Source: Planctopirus limnophila DSM 3776
Lineage (GTDB): Bacteria > Planctomycetota > Planctomycetia > Planctomycetales > Planctomycetaceae
Direction: 5' to 3'
Length of the DNA stretch: 32,000 nucleotides
Assembly (NCBI RefSeq): GCF_000092105.1
Contig: NC_014148.1
Span: 360,001 to 392,000 of the forward strand
Shown one piece after another: positions 1-9,047 of this stretch. Positions within the stretch are counted from its first letter, which is position 1, and each line of letters begins with the position of its first letter. A program made the translations under genes and the position numbers. Below the pieces are notes generated by a model. The model was not told the origin of the DNA, did not search any database, and saw nothing but the letters and a program-made list of their open reading frames with translations.

Positions 1-773
1 TCGCGAACGCTCGTAAAGTACTCATCGAGTTTGCGGCGGTCAGTCTTGCCCAGCTTCTGCTGAAGCTGGTCGGCATCTGCCTGAACCATATCGAGAATGC
101 TCTGGCGGTAATGATCTCGCTTTTTACGATTCTTGATTTCATCAACGCCACCGCCAAACAAACGTTCAAAGACGAGTTTGGGCCGGATTTCTTTCGCCAT
201 CGGTGTCGTGGGGGATTTCCACGAAATCGTATTTGAGTAAGCGCAGCTATAGCCTGAGTCGCACTGGCCGGCATTGCGGCCCCCTTCGAGCCCCAGTTCG
301 AGCGATGGAAGTTTGGTGGCAGCACCAATCTGTGCGGCAGCCACCTGATCGACGGAAACACCGGCTTGAATATCGGCCCCGGCGGTTTTGCGAGGATGCA
401 CACCTGTGAGGAATGTTGCTGCCGAGCGTGCATGATCACCCGGCCCGTCGCCTAAAGCCCGTGCATTGTTCTGCGCCAGGTGGGACATGACGTTGAGCTT
501 TTCCTTGACCTTGGCAAGTGGTTCCAGTGATGGCGGGAGTGAGAAGCCGGCACCTTCTTTGACAGGCTGCCAGGAATCCATGACCACACCGTTGGGCACA
601 AAGACAAAAGCCATGCGGTTCAGAGCTGTCGATGCCATCGCCGCTTCAGCGGTCGCCAAGTGAGCGGGAAGCATCGCTTCCAACACCGGGAGAGACATCG
701 TCACACCCAGCCCTTTGAGCATCGTGCGGCGATCTACAGCTGATTGCCAGCGGGAGAGTTTATTGATGTTCAT
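1..773 (-). CDS. DUF1501 domain protein (sulfatase-like, Tat-signal), 5' part only; C-terminus lies beyond window start
   Basis: The minus frame is open from the window edge to the ATG at 773-771. Translation MNINKLSRWQSAVDRRTMLKGLGVTMSLPVLEAMLP... has a twin-arginine-like signal. Further in it reads ...ALGDGPGDHARSAATFLTG..., typical of planctomycete DUF1501. The start overlaps the upstream stop as ATGA (770-773), the usual PSD/DUF1501 pair arrangement. Confidence 0.85.
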   Translation of the reverse strand, partial: MNINKLSRWQSAVDRRTMLKGLGVTMSLPVLEAMLPAHLATAEAAMASTALNRMAFVFVPNGVVMDSWQPVKEGAGFSLPPSLEPLAKVKEKLNVMSHLAQNNARALGDGPGDHARSAATFLTGVHPRKTAGADIQAGVSVDQVAAAQIGAATKLPSLELGLEGGRNAGQCDSGYSCAYSNTISWKSPTTPMAKEIRPKLVFERLFGGGVDEIKNRKKRDHYRQSILDMVQADADQLQQKLGKTDRRKLDEYFTSVR

Positions 774-3529
774 AGTGTTGACCCTTCACCACGACGAAGC
801 CGGAATGGTTCGCTCTTGACGATCTCTTTGACCAATACTGAGAAACGGAAATTCTGGGCACTTAGCTCACTATTAATACGATTCACCGAGCAGCGATCAT
901 AATATTCCAGCCCCCGGCCCAGTGCATACGTTAGAAGCTTCTCAGTTAAACACTCGGTGAACGCTTTTTGTTTCTTGGTCTTCAGAATATTGACCATTTC
1001 GACTGGCCCGCTGAACGAATCGCCACTGGGCAATGTTCCTGAGGTATCGACTGGTTTGCCACCATCATCTTTACGATACCGGCCGATAGCATCGAAGTTT
1101 TCCAGGCCGAAGCCCAGAGTGTCCATCGTCTTATGGCACGAGGCACAAGCCGGATTTGACCGGTGTTGTTCCATCTGCTGGCGAAGTGAAAGGCCGGCGG
1201 ATTGCTCCTTTTTGTCTTCCAATTCAGGGACATTGGGGGGTGGCGCAGGAGGTGGAGAATCGAGAATCGTTTCCATAATCCATTTGCCGCGCTTCACGGG
1301 GGAAGTGCGCGTGGGGTTGGAAGTAATGGTGAGCACACTGGCCTGTGTCAGCACGCCGGCTCGATTTGTCCCGGCCAGGCTCACCTGGCGGAATTCATTC
1401 CCCTTAACATCCGGGAGGCCGTAGTGTGCGGCCAGTCGTTCATTCACAAATGTGTAGTCTCCCACGAGCAGGTCCAGAACGCTGCGGTCTTCCTGTACAA
1501 TGGCGCGGATGAACTGCCGGGTCTCTTCCTTCATGTCACGGCGCAGATCGTCATTGAACTGCGGGAAGGCTTTTGGATCAGGGGTGACTTCGTCAAGAAT
1601 GCGCAATTGCAGCCATTGTTCGGCAAAGTTCTCAACAAGCGCTGAGGATCTGGGATCCTGAAGCATGCGGCGGACCTGGGCATCGAGAATCAATTCGTTG
1701 CCGAGATCGCCCACCCGGGCATGTTCAAACAGTTCGTCATCGGGCATCGTGCTCCACAAGAAGTACGACAGCCGTGACGCCAGTTCGTACGAGTTGATGA
1801 TGTGGGCACTCTTGGGATTTTCCGGCTCTTTGTCGGATTCAATACGGAAGAGGAAATGTGGCGAAACCAGCACTGCTTGAACGGCGACCTGCATCCCGAA
1901 TTCAAAGGTTTCACCGGCTGCGGTGGCTTGCTCGACCAGACCGACAAACTTCGATAGTTCCTCGTCTTGTGGCGGACGACGGAATGCTCGCGTGACAAAC
2001 GGAGTAAGGTTCTCCCGGGCTGCTTCGCTGATCGTTTTGCCGGGTGCTCCATTTTCACCACTGGCCGAGGGAACAGCTTTCACCAGCCGGGTATGCGAAG
2101 CGGGATAGCTATTGGGCAAAACCTTCGATGGCCCGGTAAGGGAGGCTGACAGGATGACGAGATTGCGATCCCGCCGCTTCGGATCCTTGGCCTTCTCATC
2201 ATAAAAATCGTTCAGGAAGGCGAGCGAAATGTTTCGCTTCCCCTGCAGGAGAGTGACCGGAAGCGAATATGTTTCAGGTTTACGATCAGTAGCCGAGACT
2301 TCAAAAACTTTGAGTTCCTGACCATCGAGGCGAACTGCCATCTTCGCGCGGTCAGTTCCTGCGGGTGTTTCGGCAGCGACGACTTTGAGGACGTATTCAC
2401 CAGAAAGTGCGACATCCACGGGAATGGTGGCATCCCCTGTGGAGACGAGAATGATGCTGGGATCGTCTTCGCCTCCATGATTGTGGGCCACTTTGCTTCG
2501 CTGAAGTTCACGACCTTTCCATTTTTTGACGGGAAGATCATTGGGATCGATGGAAACAATGGCAGCCTGAGCCAGCTTATCTGCCGCATCGAGATACTTT
2601 TCCATGAGAAGTGGCGGGAGTGACAGGACATCACCGATGTTGTCAAAACCGTAACCCACGTCATCGGAAGGAAAGCTGTCAGCCGGTCGGAGATCGACGC
2701 CCAGCAGGTCGCGGACGGTGTTGTTGTATTCTGTGCGATTGAGCCGGCGAACCGTCACACGGCCAGGATCGGGATTGGTCGCACAATCGACGTAATACAC
2801 AGTCGAATCGAGGAAGCTGACGAGCTTCGCCCGTTCTTCTTCGGTGGGTTGAGGGCTGTCATCGGGTGGCATGATCTGCCCCTCGACGATCTGCATGATA
2901 CGCTCCCACTGCTTGCGATCTTTCAGGATTGAAGCGGTGTCGGAGTATTTGTCGAAAGCGATACCGGCTTCGGCATCAGGCCCCTGATGGCAGTCAATGC
3001 AGTACTTCTGCATGAAGGGGGCTGCATTTTCGGCATACGAGGGGAGGCGGTGTTCAGCCGCCTGTGCCACACCGGCAGTCGACGGTGACGCGTCGCCACT
3101 GGGTGAGCGTGGCCACAGAAATGCAACGATTCCCCCCAGTAGACCCAGGAAAGCTACGCCACCGACAATGATGCCGACGACGGGTTGTGATGATGAGGAT
3201 TTCCCTCGTGAAGTGCGATTGCCTGAACCTTTTCGGCGCGAGGCAGGAAGTGGAGCGCTTCGAGAGGGTTTGGAACTATCGCCAGTCGAGCGGCCAGCTT
3301 TCCCTTTTCCCTTGAGAGGAGGAGGTGCAGCAGCAGGGGCTTCTTCGTAATCTTCGAGATCATCACTGGAGAAGCCGAACTCCTCGAGCTCTTCCTCTGG
3401 AGCGGAAGCCACAGGAATCCGGAGCACCTGCCGACAATCAGTGTTAGGACAGTATGCCTTTTTGCCTGCAAACTTAGCATCCACCTTAAAGGCATGATCG
3501 CAGGCAGGACATGTCACACGAATGCGCAT
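770..3529 (-). CDS. Planctomycete PSD-family protein (PSCyt3/DUF1587-DUF1592-DUF1595-DUF1588-DUF1585 type) with N-terminal zinc ribbon and TM anchor
   Basis: 919-aa ORF with an ATG start. The heme-binding CIDCH motif (MQKYCIDCHQGPDAEAGIAFDKY) is followed by long PSD-type regions. A C-terminal ACASCHKTMDTLGFGLENFDAIGRYR block is characteristic of DUF1588/DUF1585. The N-terminus, MRIRVTCPACDHAFKVDAKFAGKKAYCPNTDCRQVLRIPV, is a CxxC...CxxxxC ribbon. A hydrophobic segment VVGIIVGGVAFLGLLGGIVAFLW follows. Confidence 0.85.
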   Translation of the reverse strand: MRIRVTCPACDHAFKVDAKFAGKKAYCPNTDCRQVLRIPVASAPEEELEEFGFSSDDLEDYEEAPAAAPPPLKGKGKAGRSTGDSSKPSRSAPLPASRRKGSGNRTSRGKSSSSQPVVGIIVGGVAFLGLLGGIVAFLWPRSPSGDASPSTAGVAQAAEHRLPSYAENAAPFMQKYCIDCHQGPDAEAGIAFDKYSDTASILKDRKQWERIMQIVEGQIMPPDDSPQPTEEERAKLVSFLDSTVYYVDCATNPDPGRVTVRRLNRTEYNNTVRDLLGVDLRPADSFPSDDVGYGFDNIGDVLSLPPLLMEKYLDAADKLAQAAIVSIDPNDLPVKKWKGRELQRSKVAHNHGGEDDPSIILVSTGDATIPVDVALSGEYVLKVVAAETPAGTDRAKMAVRLDGQELKVFEVSATDRKPETYSLPVTLLQGKRNISLAFLNDFYDEKAKDPKRRDRNLVILSASLTGPSKVLPNSYPASHTRLVKAVPSASGENGAPGKTISEAARENLTPFVTRAFRRPPQDEELSKFVGLVEQATAAGETFEFGMQVAVQAVLVSPHFLFRIESDKEPENPKSAHIINSYELASRLSYFLWSTMPDDELFEHARVGDLGNELILDAQVRRMLQDPRSSALVENFAEQWLQLRILDEVTPDPKAFPQFNDDLRRDMKEETRQFIRAIVQEDRSVLDLLVGDYTFVNERLAAHYGLPDVKGNEFRQVSLAGTNRAGVLTQASVLTITSNPTRTSPVKRGKWIMETILDSPPPAPPPNVPELEDKKEQSAGLSLRQQMEQHRSNPACASCHKTMDTLGFGLENFDAIGRYRKDDGGKPVDTSGTLPSGDSFSGPVEMVNILKTKKQKAFTECLTEKLLTYALGRGLEYYDRCSVNRINSELSAQNFRFSVLVKEIVKSEPFRLRRGEGSTL

Positions 3530-3896
3530 GGCAGGCGAAACTTCCGGGGCAGGAGGCGACAGGCGGGATGTGTGAATTCAGTTTGGACGAACGCATCCAA
3601 ATTCACTGTTGTAAGTATAGCGCGCGATTCAAGCAAAAGTCCACCACAAGAAAGAGGGTTTTACGCATTCCCTAATTATTGCACTAACAATGGATTACGA
3701 CAAAAACTCTGAATCTGTTGGCGCTCTGGTGTCGCCAGAATGTGCAATGCGTCAAGAATTCAGGCAACACGTCGAATCTGCGAGTTATTTGATCGATCTT
3801 CAGTAGGCACCACGGGTTAATGATCAACCTCGACGGCGAGTTTTCGTGGACTGCTTCTCAAAAAGTCCGTCAATCTAAGCAATTGAGCCGCAAAGA

Positions 3897-6428
3897 ATGC
3901 TACATCAAGAACTTACATCGATGCTCTCGGGCCTTCCTGAGCATCTTCAAGAGCGGACACGGATACTCTCTTCGCCATTGAGTTTGTCGACGGCCGCAAA
4001 TGATCCGGATCAAGCCACAACCCATGGTGACTTTGTCCTGTACTGGATGCACCATTCACTCCGGGGCCACGAAAACCCGGCACTTGATGTCGCCATTCAT
4101 TTGGCACATTGGCTCGAGAAGCCACTGCTGGTTTATCAGGGGCTCTCGGAAGATCACCCCTATGCCAATGATCGCAGGCATACGTTCATTCTCCAGGGAG
4201 CACGCGATGTTCATGCGGAACTGGCCGAGCAGAAGATTTCCTCGGTGCTCCATGTCGCGCGGGCCGAAGATCGCGGGCCTCACCTCAAGACACTGGCTGC
4301 TCACGCGGCGGTTCTCGTGACAGATGATGTCCCGACCGCTCCGACGATTCACTGGCGCAATCGACTGGCTGCCTCCATCAAGACGCCGATTGTGTGTGTC
4401 AATGGTGCGTGCATTGTGCCGCCCCAATTGGTCAAGCGGGCCTTTGATCGCGCCTTTGCCTATCGAGAAGCAACGGCATGGCTCTACAAAACCCGCAATA
4501 CCCGCCCGTGGCCAGTGCTTCGTTATGCAGGGAAGCCGTTTCCACTTGATCAGCGACCCTTCCAATCAGTCGATCTGCAGCAGACGTCGATTGCCGATCT
4601 GCTGGCAATCAGCCAGATCGATCACTCGGTTGGTCCTGTTCAACATACCGTGGGAGGTTCTCAGGCAGGTTATACCCGCTGGGAAAACTTCAAAAAGCAG
4701 GGATTGAGACGCTATGCCGATCAGCGGAACGATGCCCTCAAGGATGGCGTCAGCCGGATGTCGGCCTATCTGCATTACGGCATGGTTTCCCCCTTCACAC
4801 TGGTGCGAGATTGTTTTGAAGTCGGTGGCGCCAGTGCCGAGAAATATCTCGATGAACTCCTCATCTGGCGTGAACTCGCCTGGTGCTTTTGCCACTACCG
4901 CACAGATCACGAGGCTCTTTCAGCACTCCCCACCTGGGCTCGACAGGCTTTGAAGGCTGGAGAAGCCGATACCAGGCCTGCTTTGTACGATGAAGAAACG
5001 CTGGCTCGTGCGCAGACGCATGATCCCCTCTGGAATGCGGCTCAAATGTCACTCCTTCGCCAGGGAGAACTCCATAACAATGTGCGGATGACCTGGGGCA
5101 AAGCCATTCCTCTCTGGACACGCACGACCGAAGAGGCCTTGCGACTGCTGTTCGATCTTAATCATCGATACGCCCTCGATGGCTGCGATCCGGCATCGTA
5201 TGGCGGTCTGTTGTGGTGTCTGGGACAGTTCGACAGGCCATTTACTCCCGAAGAACCCATCTTGCGGAGTATTCGAGGACGTTCGACGGCCGAGCATGCC
5301 CGCCGGTTGAACCCCGAGAAGTATCTGGCGAAAACCTCCCGTCGCCTGACAGCGGAACCTGTCAAAGTGGCTGTGATTGGTGCCGGCATCACGGGACTGA
5401 TGGCAGCCCGCACGCTGTCCGATCATGGCTTCGAAGTGGAGGTCTTTGAAAAGAGCCGTGGGCTGGGCGGACGCATGGCCACTCGTCGCCTTCCCGAAGG
5501 TGGTCAGTTCGATCATGGCTGCCAGTACATCACGGCGAAGTCGCCTCAATTTGAGAGATCCTTACGCTCATGGGAGAGCCAGGGGCTGATCACACCCTGG
5601 CAAGGGCTCTTGGCAGCACAGCGGACCGATGGTTCGTGGAAAGAACTCGCAGCGAACGGGCCTCGCTATGTGGGGCTTCCCGGCATGACCTCGATGGCCC
5701 GGCATTTAAGTCAGGGTCTGAAAGTTCATCAGGAGGTGCAGATTCAAAAAGTCGAGCGGATCGCCAACCAGTGGCAACTGCAGAGCACACAGGGAACTGT
5801 TGCAGGACCTTTCGATCAACTCATTCTGGCAATACCCGCCGGACAGGCTGCGCGACTTGTGGGTGAACATCCTTTGGCGGAAACTCTGGCCAGAATTCCC
5901 ATGGATCCCTGCTGGACCGTGATGGCCACTTTATCTGATCGACTCAATCTTCCCTTTGATGGTTACCTGAGCCACGCGGCATTGGCACCGGCTGTGGGGT
6001 GGGCAGCGCGAGATACATCCAAACCCAAACGGCCGACAGATGCCGAACGCTGGGTGTTGCAGGCGACACCGGCATGGACGAGGAGTCACCTCGACCTTTC
6101 CGCAGATCAGGTGGCCACCGAACTCTGGCACCACTGGTGTGAGCAGATCAGCCTTCAGTCCCACAGCCTTCAGGTCCACAGGACGCCCGAGCTTGTAGCA
6201 CACCGCTGGATGTTTTCCACGCTGGATCCCACGAAGGTTCCTGCGGAGATTTACCAGAAGCTGTCGATCGAGCGCGCCTTGCATGATCCCGAGCATGGCC
6301 TGACTGTTTGCGGAGACTGGACGAGCGAAAGTCGAGTCGAAGCGGCCTATCTTTCTGGCATCGCCGCCGCCGGTTTTGTCCTCAGGCAACACCTGATTGC
6401 GAAGCCGGCAGCTCAGTTGCTCTTTTGA
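3897..6428 (+). CDS. Fusion protein: class II CPD photolyase (aa 1-~480) + renalase-like NAD(P)/FAD-dependent oxidoreductase (aa ~488-843)
   Basis: The N-terminal half matches class II photolyase blocks: FVLYWMHHSLRGHENPAL, RMSAYLHYGMVSP, YLDELLIWRELAWCFCHY, THDPLWNAAQMSLLRQGELHNNVRMTWGKAIPLW, RYALDGCDPASYGGLLWCLGQFDRPF. The C-terminal half has a Rossmann motif VAVIGAGITGLMAARTLSDHGFEVEVFEKSRGLGGR, then FDHGCQYI, MDPCWTV and VCGDWTSESRVEAAYLSG, as in bacterial renalase/COG3380 proteins. It is a single uninterrupted ORF. Confidence 0.8.
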   Translation: MLHQELTSMLSGLPEHLQERTRILSSPLSLSTAANDPDQATTHGDFVLYWMHHSLRGHENPALDVAIHLAHWLEKPLLVYQGLSEDHPYANDRRHTFILQGARDVHAELAEQKISSVLHVARAEDRGPHLKTLAAHAAVLVTDDVPTAPTIHWRNRLAASIKTPIVCVNGACIVPPQLVKRAFDRAFAYREATAWLYKTRNTRPWPVLRYAGKPFPLDQRPFQSVDLQQTSIADLLAISQIDHSVGPVQHTVGGSQAGYTRWENFKKQGLRRYADQRNDALKDGVSRMSAYLHYGMVSPFTLVRDCFEVGGASAEKYLDELLIWRELAWCFCHYRTDHEALSALPTWARQALKAGEADTRPALYDEETLARAQTHDPLWNAAQMSLLRQGELHNNVRMTWGKAIPLWTRTTEEALRLLFDLNHRYALDGCDPASYGGLLWCLGQFDRPFTPEEPILRSIRGRSTAEHARRLNPEKYLAKTSRRLTAEPVKVAVIGAGITGLMAARTLSDHGFEVEVFEKSRGLGGRMATRRLPEGGQFDHGCQYITAKSPQFERSLRSWESQGLITPWQGLLAAQRTDGSWKELAANGPRYVGLPGMTSMARHLSQGLKVHQEVQIQKVERIANQWQLQSTQGTVAGPFDQLILAIPAGQAARLVGEHPLAETLARIPMDPCWTVMATLSDRLNLPFDGYLSHAALAPAVGWAARDTSKPKRPTDAERWVLQATPAWTRSHLDLSADQVATELWHHWCEQISLQSHSLQVHRTPELVAHRWMFSTLDPTKVPAEIYQKLSIERALHDPEHGLTVCGDWTSESRVEAAYLSGIAAAGFVLRQHLIAKPAAQLLF

Positions 6429-6653
6429 GCCGGGGTTTTGGTCAGGGGCTGATTCAAAAGATGATGGTTACGGAACGAGTCCTTGCCTTTCCTCGCGAGA
6501 AGACGCAGTTTGTCCTACTCATGGATTGATCAATGTTCATTCATGCGATATGCCATGACGGGGTAAGCCACATTCTCTGAGGTAGCCTTCATGAGTGATT
6601 CTCTGCTTTCTCAAGATCGAACGGTTTTAGTCATCCGTCGCACGGCTGGAGCG

Positions 6654-7667
6654 ATGACGAAATTCGCTATTCTTCTCACGGTAGCAATCTTCGCTTTCAA
6701 ATGGCCTATACAGCAACTGCGGGGCGAAACGGGATTGGCTGCACAAGTTGTTGTCAATCCCGCAGCAGTTGTCGGTCGTCCAGAGATTGTCGAACGAACT
6801 CCGGGACTGGTCGCCTTCTGGAAGTTTGGCGAAGAGCCGGGCCAGCCGCGGCTTTCGACCGGTACTCCAGAAAAGCATCCTTTGGTTGAAGTTGGCGGGC
6901 CGATTGGACGAGTGGCGGGAGGGCCATTTTCGGGCTATTCCATCGACTTCAATGGTCAGCAGTACCTGATGGCGAAGCATGCGGAACTGGGCGACCTGGA
7001 TATTCATGGTCCCGAGGCGCAGGTCAGTATGTTTGCAGTCGTCAAACTCACCGAAATGAAACGAGGCGTGACAATTGCCGGGATCTGGAGTGAAGGCAAA
7101 GGTGCTCACGACGATACCGGTGCCCGGCAATATGCCATGCTGCTGAACATGCCGACTTATGGTGGCCCGCGGCAATTGACACCCCATGTATCGAGTGAAG
7201 GCGGTGTGACCCGTCGGGCGGATGGTAGCCCGTTTCCCTGGTGTGCCGACTATGCCGCGTCTAAATCGGTTGTTCCCGAGGGGAAATGGGTGACTCTCGC
7301 TTTTACCTACGATGCAAAGTATCTCAAAGCTTACTTCAATGGTCTGCTTGAGCCCCGAGCGATAGAGCCCAAGACCGACAAGCGGGACGACCCTTACTTT
7401 ATGACAGAAGGGCCTGGCGGATCGCCACGAGGCATTAATCCTTATTATCACGGTCGAGGGATCTTTCACTTCCAGCCAGAACTGCACGCGCAGTCAAAAC
7501 CAGGTGGCCCGGCCGACTTTACAGTGGCGGCACGTTATGCAGTCGGCAGCATGCTGGGTGAAGCTATGAAAGGCCAACTGGGCGGGCTGGCTGTGTTCAA
7601 TCGCGCTTTGAGCGATGATGAAGTTCTTTCGCTTCACAAAGCCAGTGCCATCGACAAACTTCCCTGA
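6654..7667 (+). CDS. Secreted LamG-like (concanavalin A-type jellyroll) domain protein
   Basis: The ORF is 6591-7667. I prefer the ATG at 6654, which is preceded by GGAG (6647-6650) and gives the signal-like MTKFAILLTVAIFAFKWP. The C-terminal GQLGGLAVFNRALSDDEVLSLH resembles the Laminin_G_3 terminal motif (...NRALS..E...L). The assignment is by motif only. Confidence 0.6.
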   Translation: MTKFAILLTVAIFAFKWPIQQLRGETGLAAQVVVNPAAVVGRPEIVERTPGLVAFWKFGEEPGQPRLSTGTPEKHPLVEVGGPIGRVAGGPFSGYSIDFNGQQYLMAKHAELGDLDIHGPEAQVSMFAVVKLTEMKRGVTIAGIWSEGKGAHDDTGARQYAMLLNMPTYGGPRQLTPHVSSEGGVTRRADGSPFPWCADYAASKSVVPEGKWVTLAFTYDAKYLKAYFNGLLEPRAIEPKTDKRDDPYFMTEGPGGSPRGINPYYHGRGIFHFQPELHAQSKPGGPADFTVAARYAVGSMLGEAMKGQLGGLAVFNRALSDDEVLSLHKASAIDKLP

Positions 7668-7709
7668 GTCCGCGGACTTGAAAATTCGAGTTTGTTTTTC
7701 AATCGGATG

Positions 7710-8645
7710 TTACTGGCTCGATGATTTTGATTTCGCAATGAGTGCCAGCATTTCAAAAGCGAGATTGGCACCCAATACCGAGGTAATGGCTGAAGGATCG
7801 TAAGGGGGGCTGACTTCGACGACATCTCCGCCAACAATTCTCAGGCCTGCCAGCCCACGCAGAATTCCAGTGGCTTCACGACTGGTTAACCCACCAATTT
7901 CGGGAGTCCCCGTCCCCGGTGCAAATGCCGGGTCGAGGGCATCGACGTCGAAGGAAAGATAGACCGGCTGATTACCCACCTGCTGGCGGATTTCGTCCAC
8001 AATCGAGCGCACGCCGCGCTCTCCCACGTCATCGGCAGAGATAATGCGTGCTCCTAAAGCCCGGGCATCGAGGTAATCGCTGGCCGAATAGGTCGGCCCG
8101 CGAATACCAATCTGAAAGTAGCGCTGAGTATCAATCGCACCCGCTTCAATGGCTCGAATAAAAGGTGTGCCATGGCTGAGTGGATAGCCCGGATACTCTT
8201 CCGTCCAGGTGTCGCCGTGTGCATCGAAATGCACGACGGCGAGCGGCCCATGTTTTGCGGCGGCCGCTTTCAGCAAGGGTAATGCGACGGAATGTTCGCC
8301 GCCCAGTCCCAGGACCATTGTGCCTTGATCAATCCAGGCTCTGGCCGCTTGTTCGATCAATGCGTGTGTACGGGCAATATCGACCGGGATGACATCCACA
8401 TCGCCGGCATCGACCACCTTGAGGACATCGAACGGGGCGATGTTCAGAGCGTTGTGATACCCCCAGAGCATCATCGACTGTTCCCGTATCGCCCGCGGAC
8501 CAAACCTCGTTCCCGAGCGATAGCTGACCGAAGAGTCAAAAGGGCACCCCAGCACCGCAACATCAACATTCCGGCCCGCAACAGGTGCCAGACAAATCTC
8601 CTGCCGCCCAAAAGAAGCAATCCCGCAGAATGGTGAGTTGGACAT
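7710..8645 (-). CDS. speB: Agmatinase / ureohydrolase family (arginase fold)
   Basis: Mn-binding and family motifs are present: GGEHSVALP, VVHFDAHGDTW, YLSFDVDALDPAFAPGTGTPEIGGLTSREA, VGGDVVEVSPPYD. The maximal ORF runs to 8822. The internal ATG at 8645 (MSNSPFCGIASF...) gives a family-typical length. Substrate (agmatine versus another guanidino compound) cannot be decided from sequence. Confidence 0.8.
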   Translation of the reverse strand: MSNSPFCGIASFGRQEICLAPVAGRNVDVAVLGCPFDSSVSYRSGTRFGPRAIREQSMMLWGYHNALNIAPFDVLKVVDAGDVDVIPVDIARTHALIEQAARAWIDQGTMVLGLGGEHSVALPLLKAAAAKHGPLAVVHFDAHGDTWTEEYPGYPLSHGTPFIRAIEAGAIDTQRYFQIGIRGPTYSASDYLDARALGARIISADDVGERGVRSIVDEIRQQVGNQPVYLSFDVDALDPAFAPGTGTPEIGGLTSREATGILRGLAGLRIVGGDVVEVSPPYDPSAITSVLGANLAFEMLALIAKSKSSSQ

Positions 8646-9047
8646 AGTGTCTCTTATCCAGCTGAGCGAGGAGATTTTCGAATCATTTGAAATCGTCGCG
8701 CGCACCGACATTGCATAGGGTGGAAAGTACTGATTCCATCGTCGTGCATAATGTCCTTTTTTCCGACACAAACTTCCAGCAGAATAAATCCCATCGAAAC
8801 ACTGTAGAAAACTTCTCGCCAAATTCTCTTCTGAGACGCAGTTTTTGTTCCCGTTTTGATTCGAGTTTGCAGCGTCTCTCTATTGCCTTATGGTGTTGAC
8901 GTAATCGAAGTTATCCCGCAGATAAAGCAGGTTTGCCTATGGGTGAACCTCTTCTCGCTGCCGGGTAGGATCATGTAAAACGGTCGTCGGGGAGTCTGTA
9001 CACAAGTCATCGTATTCGAGAGCAGTCACGCACTGAGGGCATAGACC

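Noticed and set aside
6627-7487. Long antisense ORFs opposite well-supported genes. These are 286 aa at 6627-7487 opposite LamG, 257 aa at 11647-12420 opposite pyrC, 217 aa at 16377-17030 opposite the SDR and 281 aa at 26540-27385 opposite the DUF4159 gene. Many shorter ones lie inside the PSD and photolyase genes.
   Set aside because: These are shadow ORFs, typical of moderately GC-rich DNA. The translations are Arg/Ser/Pro/Gly-rich with no recognisable motifs, while the opposite strand carries clear family signatures.
7667-7702. The palindrome agtccgcggact and an AT-rich 7-bp stem (ttgaaaa/ttttcaa) between the convergent LamG and agmatinase genes, considered as a bidirectional terminator.
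   Set aside because: The stems are short or have almost no loop, and stability looks low. That is not enough to call a terminator.
8646-8822. N-terminal extensions offered by the ORF track: agmatinase to 8822, pyrC from 11299, LamG from 6591, the Tyr-rich protein from 21335 and the lipoprotein GTG at 20327.
   Set aside because: The extensions add non-conserved, often Arg/Trp-rich residues ahead of family-typical N-termini or signal peptides. Internal ATGs with SD-like sequences fit better.
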